NCBI GenBank assembly: GCA_963778905.1
Contig: CAVZWH010000028.1
Span: 1 to 47,782 of the forward strand
DNA length: 47,782 bases
DNA from: Candidatus Staskawiczbacteria bacterium
GTDB taxonomy: Bacteria > Patescibacteriota > Minisyncoccia > Minisyncoccales > Staskawiczbacteraceae
Direction of reading: 5' to 3'
In this document: in pieces, positions 30,252 to 39,296 of the stretch
How the letters are laid out: the number at the start of each line of letters is the position of its first letter
Numbering within the stretch: position 1 is the stretch's first letter
The notes under the pieces: model-generated
Told to the model about the DNA's origin: nothing
Database searches by the model: none
The model's input: only the letters and a program-made list of their open reading frames with translations
Translations under genes and position numbers: made by a program

Positions 30252-31900
30252 ATGACTTCAAAAGAATTACGCCAGAAGTTTTTGGATTTTTTTGAAAAAA
30301 ATGGACACACAATTGTGCCCTCTTCTTCGCTTTTGCCAACAGACCCAAGCGTGCTTTTTACAACCGCCGGAATGCAGCAATTTAAGCCATATTATTTGGG
30401 AAAGAATCTCCTTTTGGAAAAAATGTTGCTTCGTGCCAGAAATGCATAAGGACTTCCGACATTGAAGAAGTGGGCGACGAAAGACACCTGACATTTTTTG
30501 AGATGTTGGGTAATTTTAGCTTCGGCGGCTATTTTAAGGAAGAGGCGATAAAATTGGCGAAGGAATTTTTAGACGAATTGAAAATAAAAATTGACTATGT
30601 GACAGTTTTTGAGGGCGATGAAAATACGCCAAGAGACGAGGAATTGGCAAAAATTTGGGGAAAATTAGGTTTTTTGGAAAAAAATAAAAGCTTACGATTT
30701 GAAAATAAAAAAGAAAACTTTTGGGGACCTACGGGCGAGGAGGGACCATGCGGGCCAACGACAGAAATTTATTCAGGGGGCATTGAAATATGGAATATTG
30801 TTTTTAACCAATATTATTCAAAAAATGGAAAATTAGAATCCTTAAAAAATTCGGGAATTGATACTGGGATGGGATTGGAAAGATTGGCAATGGTATCGCA
30901 AAAAACAGAAACAGTTTTTGAAACTGATTTGTTAAAACCTATTATAAAATTTATTCCGGAGAAAGCTGGTTTTGATGAAAGAAAAAAAAGAATTATTGCA
31001 GACCACGCTCGCGCCATTGCATTTTTAATTTCTGATGGAGTTAAACCTTCAAACAAAGAATCAGGGTATGTTTTAAGGCGGCTGATAAGACGCATTGTTG
31101 CGTATGAATTTTTGGCAGGAACAATTTTTTTACAAGATTTATTAAAAAAAATATCCGATGACAGCAACCTTAATTGTAATGTTGTGCTAGATGAATTTTA
31201 TAATGAAAGAAATAAATTTTTAGATACGCTTCAAAAAGGAATTTTAGAATATTCAAAAATTAAAGAAATTGATGCAAAATCGGCCTTTTTTCTTTTTCAA
31301 AGTTTTGGCTTGCCGTTTGATATTTTGAAAGAACTGGACCCCGATAAAACTAAACACTTAAAACAGAAAGATTTTGAAAAAGAATTGCAAATTCACCAGG
31401 AGCTTTCAAGAACTGCTTCGGCTGGAATGTTTAAGGGAGGGTTGGCTGATGCAAGTTTGGAAACCACAAAACTGCATACCGCAGCTCATTTGATGCTGGC
31501 TGGATTAAGAAAAGTTTTGGGAAATGATGTTTATCAAAAAGGAAGCAATATCACTGCGGAAAGATTACGATTTGATTTTTCGCATAAAGAAAAGGTGACC
31601 CAAGAACAAATAAAAGATGTGGAAAATTTTGTAAATGGTATAATAAAAAAAGACTTGCCAGTTTATTTTGAAGAAATGACTTTAGAAAAAGCCAGAGAAT
31701 TAAATGCTATGGGAGTTTTTGAATCAAAATATGGAGAGAGGGTTAAGGTTTATACTATTGGTTCGGGAAATGAAATTGTAAGCAGGGAAATTTGCGGAGG
31801 GCCCCATGTGGAAAGAACAGGAATTTTGGGGCATTTCAAAATACAAAAAGAAGAAAGCTCAAGTTCAGGCGTTAGGCGCATAAAAGCAATATTAGAGTAA
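30252..31900 (+). CDS. alaS: Alanine--tRNA ligase (short form), split by a one-base frameshift at about 30398-30404
   Basis: [11 protein letters not shown] in frame 1; [38 protein letters not shown] and CGGPH in the -1 frame. Confidence 0.95.
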
Positions 31901-31912
31901 AACATTAATACC

Positions 31913-33202
31913 ATGCCAAAAAAAATATACGACATCAAACCGCCAAAAGTTGCCCATAAAGTAGAAAAAGAACTTAAAGAATTTTTGGACCTAGATAAAA
32001 ATAAAAAGACCCAAGGGGCATCCCGTCGCCATAAAAAAGAGGGCAGTTCTGTTTGGTGGCCAGTTTTAATTGGGATTTTGATAGTTGTGCTTGCGGCTGG
32101 AGTATATTTATTTTTTAATTTGCCAAAAGTTGATATTTTAATCTGGCCAAAAGTTGATACTCTAAGCTTTCAGCAAACAATAACAGCAGACAAATCTGTT
32201 GACGCAGTTGATTCTGTTAAGGGAATTGTTCCTGCCCAATATTTTGAAGTTTCTAAAACCATATCTCAAGATTTTCCGGCTACCGGAAACGCAGACAATA
32301 CAGGCGAAGCTTCGGGCACAATAACAATATATAATAAATATGATCCGCCAACGCCATTTACCTTAAAGGCCGGCACGCATTTTTTATCTGATTCCGGGAA
32401 ACTTTTTGTGGCTTTGCAGAAAATTGTGGTTCCGGCAGCTAAAAAATCCGGAAGCAAATTGACGCCGGGCTCGGTGCAAGTAAAAGTTCAAGCAGTAGAA
32501 GGCGGAGAATCGTATAATATTGCTCCCTCTAATTTTTCTGTTCCAGGGCTAAAAGGCACAACATATTATTATAGCATTTATGCTTCTTCAGACAGCGCGA
32601 TGACCGGCGGTTATGCCGGAAAAGTCAAAAAAGTTACAGATGACGATATACAAGGCGCCAGCGATACTTTGACAAAAAAAGCAACAGATGATGCCGAAAC
32701 AGATCTAAAAAACCAGGTTCCTTCTGATTCTGTTTTATTGGATAACGCAATTTCTGATAGCACCACTGACGCCTCAACTCAAACAAAATCCGGAACAGTG
32801 GCAGATAGTTTTAATTACAGCGTGACGGTTAAATCTTCCGGGTTGGCATTCAAAAAATCTGATTTAGATAATTTTGCAAAAGATTATATTGTTTCTCAAA
32901 TGCAATCCGGACAAACTTTACTAGACAACAGTTTTAAGATAAATTATTCGGCTGCAGCAGTAGACGTTTCTGGCGGAAAGGCAACGCTTAATTTGGATTT
33001 TTCATCTGGCGTTTATCAAAACATTGATAAAAATTCAGTGGCTTTATCTTTGCTTGGCGAAAATGCCAACCAAATAAACCAAACTATTAATAGCAGCTTG
33101 GGAGACCAGGTTTCTAAAATAAAAATTAATTTCTGGCCGTTTTGGGTGGTTTCAGCTCCAAACAGCCAAAACGCAGTAAACGTAGAGTTAAAATTTCAAT
33201 AG
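31913..33202 (+). CDS. Single-pass membrane protein with a baseplate-J-like extracytoplasmic region
   Basis: One TM helix near residues 48-68; ASGTITIYN, AGT.F, PGSV, YNI and AMTGG pattern; family call from memory. Confidence 0.55.
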   Translation: MPKKIYDIKPPKVAHKVEKELKEFLDLDKNKKTQGASRRHKKEGSSVWWPVLIGILIVVLAAGVYLFFNLPKVDILIWPKVDTLSFQQTITADKSVDAVDSVKGIVPAQYFEVSKTISQDFPATGNADNTGEASGTITIYNKYDPPTPFTLKAGTHFLSDSGKLFVALQKIVVPAAKKSGSKLTPGSVQVKVQAVEGGESYNIAPSNFSVPGLKGTTYYYSIYASSDSAMTGGYAGKVKKVTDDDIQGASDTLTKKATDDAETDLKNQVPSDSVLLDNAISDSTTDASTQTKSGTVADSFNYSVTVKSSGLAFKKSDLDNFAKDYIVSQMQSGQTLLDNSFKINYSAAAVDVSGGKATLNLDFSSGVYQNIDKNSVALSLLGENANQINQTINSSLGDQVSKIKINFWPFWVVSAPNSQNAVNVELKFQ

Positions 33203-33249
33203 AGTATTGACTATTTAAGTTATATTTGTTAAGATTATAAATTATACAA

Positions 33250-33483
33250 ATGCCCCAAAACGAGGGAAAAAATAATCAAGTTATAAAAAAAGAAGGGAGG
33301 GTCACAGAGGCTTTACCAAATGCCTTTTTTAAGGTAGTATTAGAGGACGGAAGAGAAATTATGGGATTTCTTTCCGGCAAAATGAGAATGAACAGAATTA
33401 CTATTTTACCGGGAGATAAAGTTTCGGTGGAAATGACTCCATATGACGACAAAAAAGGAAGAATAGTTTATAGATTAAAATAA
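33250..33483 (+). CDS. infA: Translation initiation factor IF-1
   Basis: EALPNA, SGKMR, ILPGD, TPYD. Confidence 0.98.
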   Translation: MPQNEGKNNQVIKKEGRVTEALPNAFFKVVLEDGREIMGFLSGKMRMNRITILPGDKVSVEMTPYDDKKGRIVYRLK

Positions 33484-33537
33484 ATTGTTAAACCTGTTAA
33501 ATTGCGATATTGTTATATTGCATTTAACATTTTTTTT

Positions 33538-33654
33538 ATGAAAGTTAGACCATCAATTAAAAAAATTTGTAATGATTGCAAAATCATCAGAAGAGAGGGG
33601 CGAATTTACGTTATTTGCAAAAAAAATCCTAAACATAAACAAAGACAAGGATAG
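33538..33654 (+). CDS. rpmJ: 50S ribosomal protein L36, not in the ORF track
   Basis: [38 protein letters not shown]. Confidence 0.97.
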   Translation: MKVRPSIKKICNDCKIIRREGRIYVICKKNPKHKQRQG

Positions 33655-33816
33655 CACTTGTTAATTTTTTCCTTTTGACGCGCAGTCGGCGCAGATGTAA
33701 AAAATTTTAATCTCCGCCGCTGCTATATCTCGCCAAGCCTCAAGGGTAAAATAGAGAACACAAAGTATAATTTCGGGCTTGGCTCGATGTGTCAAAAGGA
33801 AAGAATTAACTTCGCT
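33655..33816. other. Intergenic multibranch hairpin element E4
   Basis: 23-bp outer stem 33660-33682/33788-33810 with 3 G-T pairs, followed by TTCGCT; inner TC-GCCAAGCC/GGCTTGGC-TC. Confidence 0.85.
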
Positions 33817-33837
33817 TAAAATAATAAGAAAATTGTT

Positions 33838-34227
33838 ATGCCAAGAATTGCAGGGGTAAATATACCCGAAAACAAAAGAATAGAAATTGCGCTTACCTAT
33901 ATTTACGGAGTAGGCAGGCCTTTGAGCAAGAAAATTTTAGATGAACTAAAAATAGATATAAATAAAAAAGCTTCTGCACTAAGCCCCAAAGAAGTAAATG
34001 ATTTGAAAGATTATATTGAAAAAAATTATAAAATTGAAGGAGATTTAAGAAGACAGGTTATGATAAATGTGAAAAGACTAAAAGACATTGGAGCCTGGAG
34101 GGGATTAAGGCATATTAAAGGATTGCCGGTAAGAGGACAGAGAACAAAAACAAATAACAGGACAGTCAGAGGAAACGTCAGAAAAACAATGGGTTCTGGC
34201 AGAAAACCACCGGCAGCGCCAACTTAA
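33838..34227 (+). CDS. rpsM: 30S ribosomal protein S13
   Basis: RIAGVNIP, IYGVG, LPVRGQRTKTN. Confidence 0.98.
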   Translation: MPRIAGVNIPENKRIEIALTYIYGVGRPLSKKILDELKIDINKKASALSPKEVNDLKDYIEKNYKIEGDLRRQVMINVKRLKDIGAWRGLRHIKGLPVRGQRTKTNNRTVRGNVRKTMGSGRKPPAAPT

Positions 34228-34245
34228 TTTATATAGCATAATACA

Positions 34246-34701
34246 ATGGGAAAAAAACATATCATAGAAACAAACCAAGAAGAACAGGTAAAAGAACAGG
34301 AAAAGATAGACAAAGCAGTAGGAAAAGAAGTTAAGATTAAGTCAAACGTAGCGGGAGTCCAGGAAGGAAAAGTTTACGTTTCTTCTTCTTATAACAACAC
34401 AATATTAACTCTTACAAATTCAAAGGGCCAGGTTTTAGCTTGGAAATCGGCTGGTTCTGTTGGATTTAAGGGAACCAAAAAATCAACTTCTTTTGCTGCG
34501 TCAAGAGTTGCAGAAACCATAGCAAATATTTGCAAAAAATTAGGCATTGAAAAAATAGAGGTTTTGATAAGAGGCATTGGAGCCGGCCGCGAATCTGCTG
34601 TGAGAAGCTTGGTGACTCAGGGATTAAATGTTGTTTCGATAAAAGACGTAACGCCCATTCCGCACAATGGATGCAGACCAAAAAAAGTTAGAAGAGTATA
34701 A
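34246..34701 (+). CDS. rpsK: 30S ribosomal protein S11
   Basis: SYNNT, GFKG, DVTPIPHNGCRP. Confidence 0.98.
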   Translation: MGKKHIIETNQEEQVKEQEKIDKAVGKEVKIKSNVAGVQEGKVYVSSSYNNTILTLTNSKGQVLAWKSAGSVGFKGTKKSTSFAASRVAETIANICKKLGIEKIEVLIRGIGAGRESAVRSLVTQGLNVVSIKDVTPIPHNGCRPKKVRRV

Positions 34702-34712
34702 TTTATAAAATC

Positions 34713-35342
34713 ATGAGATACGATCAATGTAAAACTTGCAGACGATTGGGACAAAAACTCTTTTTGAAGGGCGACCGTTGTTTTTCGCCAAAATGCGCCA
34801 TGGTAAGAAGAGCTTATGCTCCTGGTCCTCAAAGAAAAAGAAGGGGAGGAGCCGCATCGGAATATAAAAAATCATTGGAAGAAAAGCAGACCTTAAAAAA
34901 ATGGTACGGGATGGGAGAAAGGCAGTTCAAAAGATATGTAAAAGAAACTCTTGAAAAAATGGGCAAGGTTGACGATGTTTCCGCAGAACTTATCAGAAAA
35001 TTGGAAAAAAGATTAGACAATGTTATTTTTAGATTGGGATTTGCAAAATCCAGAGTGCAGGCGCGCCAGCTTGTTTCTCACGGCTATTTTTTAATAAACG
35101 GCAAACCAGTAAATATTCCGTCATATCAAGTAAAAAAAGGCGACATAGTTGCCGTAAAAGAAAACAAAAAAGCAAAAGGCGTATTCAAAGAATTAGCAAA
35201 TGAATTAAAGAAAAAAGAAGCGCCCGCCTGGCTTGATTTAGATAAAAATAAATTAGAATCAAAAACTATCGGAGAGCCGAACTTAGACGAAGTAAAGCCT
35301 CCGGCAGAAATTTCGTTAATATTTGAGTTTTATTCACGTTAA
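34713..35342 (+). CDS. rpsD: 30S ribosomal protein S4
   Basis: CKTCRR, LEKRLDN, ARQLVSHG, EFYSR. Confidence 0.98.
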   Translation: MRYDQCKTCRRLGQKLFLKGDRCFSPKCAMVRRAYAPGPQRKRRGGAASEYKKSLEEKQTLKKWYGMGERQFKRYVKETLEKMGKVDDVSAELIRKLEKRLDNVIFRLGFAKSRVQARQLVSHGYFLINGKPVNIPSYQVKKGDIVAVKENKKAKGVFKELANELKKKEAPAWLDLDKNKLESKTIGEPNLDEVKPPAEISLIFEFYSR

Positions 35343-35418
35343 TTTTAATTTGCCAGGGTGATAGCACTTCGGCCTCAGAGCCTAGATGCTGATATCTGGA
35401 ATTAAAAAACAGCAACCT

Positions 35419-36366
35419 ATGATACCTCTTCCATTGCCCCCAAAAGTAATTCAAAAAAAGAAAAATCAGGCAGTTTTTGAAGTAGAAGGATTGTATCCCG
35501 GCTATGGCGTTACTATTGGAAATTCATTAAGAAGGGTTTTATTAACGTCATTGCAGGGAGCAGCTGTTACAGAAGTTAAAATAAAAGGGGCACCGCACGA
35601 ATTTTCAACAATTCCAGGAATTTTAGAAGATACAATAATGATACTTTTGAATATTAAAAATTTGAGATTCAAAATTTTTGAAGGAGATTCGCACAAAATA
35701 ACATTAAAATCAAAAGGCGAAGGCCAAGTCAAGGGAGCTGATTTTGAGTGTCCATCGCAGTTAAAACTAGTAAATCCTGATTTGCACATAGCAACTATTA
35801 CAGATAAAAAAACAGAATTAGAAATTGAATTACAGGTTGAAAAAGGCATCGGATATATTCCGAAAGATCAGATAAAAAAAGGAAAAGTTGAAATTGGAGC
35901 TGTGGCAGTTGACGCAATATTTACTCCAATAAGAAATGTAAATTTTCAGGTTGAAAATACGCGCGTCGGAGACAGAACAGACTTTGATAAATTAAGTTTA
36001 GAAATTGAAACAGACGGCACAATAACTCCGGAAGAAGCATTTTTTGAAGCCTGCGATATTTTAATAAAACATTTTAATATTATTTTTGAAGGAAAAGCCG
36101 GTAAAGAAAAAGAAGAGAAAGCCGAAAAATCATCAGATGAAAAAGAAGAAACAGATGTGACTAAGCTTGTGGTTGAAGATATGAAATTAACCGGCAGAAC
36201 GCTGAATGCTTTATTAAATAACGGCATAAAAACCGTGGGCGGCATTGTCAGAAAATCGGAAAAAAGTTTATCTGAATTAGAAGGCATGGGAGATAAAGCA
36301 ATTTCGGAAATAAAAAGAAAAATTAAAAAATTAGGTTTAGAGTTAAAAGATGAGGAAACTAAATAA
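35419..36366 (+). CDS. rpoA: RNA polymerase alpha subunit
   Basis: GYGVTIGNSLRR, HEFSTIPG, DAIFTP, ETDG; start set at MIPLP. Confidence 0.98.
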   Translation: MIPLPLPPKVIQKKKNQAVFEVEGLYPGYGVTIGNSLRRVLLTSLQGAAVTEVKIKGAPHEFSTIPGILEDTIMILLNIKNLRFKIFEGDSHKITLKSKGEGQVKGADFECPSQLKLVNPDLHIATITDKKTELEIELQVEKGIGYIPKDQIKKGKVEIGAVAVDAIFTPIRNVNFQVENTRVGDRTDFDKLSLEIETDGTITPEEAFFEACDILIKHFNIIFEGKAGKEKEEKAEKSSDEKEETDVTKLVVEDMKLTGRTLNALLNNGIKTVGGIVRKSEKSLSELEGMGDKAISEIKRKIKKLGLELKDEETK

Positions 36367-36700
36367 AGGCAGAAAATTTTCACGCAAAATTGGACCAAGA
36401 AAAGCGCTATTAAGAGTATTAGTGAATAATTTTTTCTTGCACGAAAAAATTAAAACCACAGAAGCCAAAGCAAAAGAACTAAGGTCTATTGCTGAAAAAA
36501 TGATTACAAAAGCAAAAGATGTTAATTTGGCTAATCGCAGGCTTTTGGCCGCATCTTTAACTCCGAAAATGACAAAAAAAATAATTGACCAAATAGCTCC
36601 AACATATAAAGAAAGAAACGGCGGATATACAAGAATTACAAAATTAGGGCCGAGAAATTCAGACGGAGCAAAAATGGCAATAATTGAGTTAGTTAAATAA
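36350..36700 (+). CDS. rplQ: 50S ribosomal protein L17
   Basis: IKTTEAKAKE, RNGGYTRI. Confidence 0.98.
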   Translation: MRKLNKGRKFSRKIGPRKALLRVLVNNFFLHEKIKTTEAKAKELRSIAEKMITKAKDVNLANRRLLAASLTPKMTKKIIDQIAPTYKERNGGYTRITKLGPRNSDGAKMAIIELVK

Positions 36701-36704
36701 AAAT

Positions 36705-37073
36705 ATGAAAGTTGTAGAAAAAATACAAAGAAAAATAATTACAATAGACGCGGAAAATAAAGCTTTAGGCAGATTGGCTGTCCAGGTGGCTGTTGCGTTG
36801 CGAGGAAAAAACAAGCCAGACTTTGTACCATATAAAGATGTGGGGGATACTGTTGTTGTAAAAAATGTTGATAAAATAAAATACACCGGCAATAAATTAG
36901 AAAACAAAAATTATTTTCATTTTACAGGATATTTAGGAAACTTAAAAAAAGCCACATTGAAAGAAGTTTTGATTAAGAAAGGGCCAAAAGAAGTTTTGAG
37001 AAATGCCGTAATGGGAATGCTTACAAAAAATAAATTAAGAGCCAAACAAATTAAAAGGCTAAGATTTGAATAA
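36705..37073 (+). CDS. rplM: 50S ribosomal protein L13
   Basis: LGRLA, LRGKNKP, AVMGML. Confidence 0.97.
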   Translation: MKVVEKIQRKIITIDAENKALGRLAVQVAVALRGKNKPDFVPYKDVGDTVVVKNVDKIKYTGNKLENKNYFHFTGYLGNLKKATLKEVLIKKGPKEVLRNAVMGMLTKNKLRAKQIKRLRFE

Positions 37074-37074
37074 T

Positions 37075-37623
37075 ATGCCAAGAACCAAAAAAGATACAAA
37101 AAAAGCAGAAGAAAAAAAAGAGGAGGTAAAAACTCCTATTATTGAAGCTGTGCAAGATATTGCAGATGATATGGAAGATGACGAAATTTCAAAAGAGATT
37201 GCAAAAACAATAAAAGAAACAGCCGGCAAATCAGACAGATATTTTGAAACAATTGGCAGAAGAAAAACAGCAGTTGCTCGCATACGCCTTTACACAAAAG
37301 GCGACAAAGAATTTTTGGTAAACAACAAACCGTATCAGCAGTATTTTGTTATGCCAGAAGACCAGGAAAACGCAATTGCTTCAATGAAAAAAATGAAATG
37401 CCTGGACAAATTTAGAGTTACAATAAAAGTAAAAGGCGGAGGACATTCGGCTCAAGCAGAAGCGATAAGGCACGGAACAGCCAGGGTATTGGTTGATTTT
37501 AATAATAATTTTAGAAAACGACTCAGAAAAGCAGGATTTTTAACTCGCGATCCGCGAATGCGCGAAAGAAAAAAATTTGGATTAAAGCGCGCAAGAAAAG
37601 CTCCGCAGTGGGCAAAGCGGTAA
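37075..37623 (+). CDS. rpsI: 30S ribosomal protein S9 with acidic N-terminal extension
   Basis: GRRKTAVAR, GGGHSAQ, RERKKFG, PQWAKR. Confidence 0.98.
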   Translation: MPRTKKDTKKAEEKKEEVKTPIIEAVQDIADDMEDDEISKEIAKTIKETAGKSDRYFETIGRRKTAVARIRLYTKGDKEFLVNNKPYQQYFVMPEDQENAIASMKKMKCLDKFRVTIKVKGGGHSAQAEAIRHGTARVLVDFNNNFRKRLRKAGFLTRDPRMRERKKFGLKRARKAPQWAKR

Positions 37624-37660
37624 TAAAGAGCACCGCAGACCGAACAAACCCATTAATTAT

Positions 37661-37692
37661 AAACCAGCAGTTATTGCGACTGCTGGTTTTTA
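37661..37692 (+). terminator. Intrinsic terminator ending the ribosomal operon
   Basis: AAACCAGCAGT-TATTGCG-ACTGCTGGTTT followed by T residues. Confidence 0.8.
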
Positions 37693-37743
37693 ATTATATT
37701 AAAAAGGTCGGGCCGGCAGGAATTAAAAAAGCACATTTAAAAA

Positions 37744-37977
37744 ATGCTAAACGAAAAATACATAGATGAGGTTCCTGCCTTTCAAAGAAGGATGCATTGC
37801 ATCCACTGCGACAGAATGTTCATCAAGCAAGCTCCGGAACAGCTGGCCTGCATGAACTGCGAGGATCAGTGGCTGGAGACTTTAGTAGATGAAAATAACG
37901 AGGAGGGGGAATGGCGAGCCAATAGAATGGCTTGGCAACTCCGCCGCGACTACGAACAGTCACTCGGAGTTATATAA
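37744..37977 (+). CDS. Small phage hypothetical protein with two CxxC motifs
   Basis: CIHC and CMNC. Confidence 0.65.
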   Translation: MLNEKYIDEVPAFQRRMHCIHCDRMFIKQAPEQLACMNCEDQWLETLVDENNEEGEWRANRMAWQLRRDYEQSLGVI

Positions 37978-38095
37978 GTAATTAAAAGTCGAAAAAAATA
38001 ATCAGGTGCAATCAAAGGGGTTTAACCTGCTGCCGTGTATAACGGCACCGGATTACTCGGTGGGGAGTCTGAGTTAAACCTCATTGATTAATAAA

Positions 38096-39215
38096 ATGAA
38101 TACTAAATTAAAAGAAAGAGAAAAGGTTGACATGTTCTTTGTGCCAGCTCAAAACACAAAGCCTTATTTTAAGGCAGCTTTGGAAGGGTTTGCCGGATCA
38201 GGCAAAACCTACACAGCGGCATTAATAGCCATCGGTATCCACAAAAGGATCAAATCAGAAAAACCTATTGTGATGTTCGATACAGAAAAAGCAGCAAAGT
38301 TCTTAAAGCCATTATTCGCAGAGGCCGGCATAGAGCTACTGGTCAGAGAATCAAAGTCATTCGCAGACCTAGCCAAAGCAATGGCACTGATGCGAGAAGG
38401 AGCATCAGATATTCTCATAATAAACTCCATAACGCATGTGTGGGAGGAATTCTTAGCTGCATATCAAATAAAGAGCGGACACAGGCGCCTTCAATTTCAA
38501 GATTGGGGAATTATCAAGCCAACATGGAAAGCAGAATTCTCCGATCCATTCGTAAACGACCCTTATCACGTTATTATGTGCGGCAGGGCCGGATTCGAAT
38601 ACGAAAATGAGGTGGATCCGGAAACGCACAAAAAGGGAAATTTACAAATCCGGAATCAAAATGAAAGTGGAGGGCGAAACAGCGTATGAGCCAGACATCC
38701 TCGTCTTAATGGAGAGATACGAAAAAGTACTGGGCGAGGACAAAAAAATCTGGCGCGAGGCGACGATCGTAAAAGATAGGTCGACGCTTATTGACGGAAG
38801 AACATTCAAAAATCCAAAGTTCGAGGATTTCGCGCCATGTATAGAAGCTATGATGAGCAATCCTTACAATAAAAAGGTAAAGCTTGTGCCGGAGGCAGAC
38901 ACCGGAGTGCTATTCAAAACCGAGGAGGAAAGAGCAGAATTCCGGAAAGAAAGGGATAAATGGCTTGAGGAAATAGACGGAGTGCTGATTCGCGCATTTC
39001 CAAGCAGCGCCGGCAAAGATAGGCAATCGAAACTGGATATCTTGTCATTAATATTCGGAACAACATCCGAAACAGCTTTGAGGGAAATATATCCTGAAAA
39101 GCTGGCAAAAGGATATCGCGAAATATTGGACTACCTGGTCGACCAGGGTTACGCCGAGTACATTGAAAGAGATGGGAAAAAGAGGTTAGCCTTCAAGAAG
39201 GCAGAAACAAAATAG
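38096..39215 (+). CDS. Phage P-loop ATPase (Sak4/AAA_24-like), split by an extra A at about 38630-38634
   Basis: GFAGSGKT Walker A, FDTE, IINSITH; removing one A gives DPETHKREIYKSGIKMK...AYEPD...KDRS. Confidence 0.75.
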
Positions 39216-39296
39216 TCAGCTAAAAACTTTGGCTGACAGAAATGATTTCTCGTTGCACCGAGGAATTGTTTCGTTTGACCATAAGTTTGGGAAATT

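Noticed and set aside
37545-37623. CGN-rich 3' end of rpsI as a phage-supplied replacement (att site)
   Set aside because: CGC codons also occur earlier in the gene, and no convincing duplicate exists at the far end of the prophage (only CAGTGG at about 46926)
12459-37623. Numerous antisense ORFs of 60-210 aa over ribosomal and other housekeeping genes
   Set aside because: Shadow frames of well-conserved genes with no recognisable motifs
38627-38642. Programmed -1 frameshift in the phage ATPase (C-AAA-AAG / G-GGA-AAT)
   Set aside because: Joining the two ORFs needs a +1 shift, not -1; a homopolymer error is simpler
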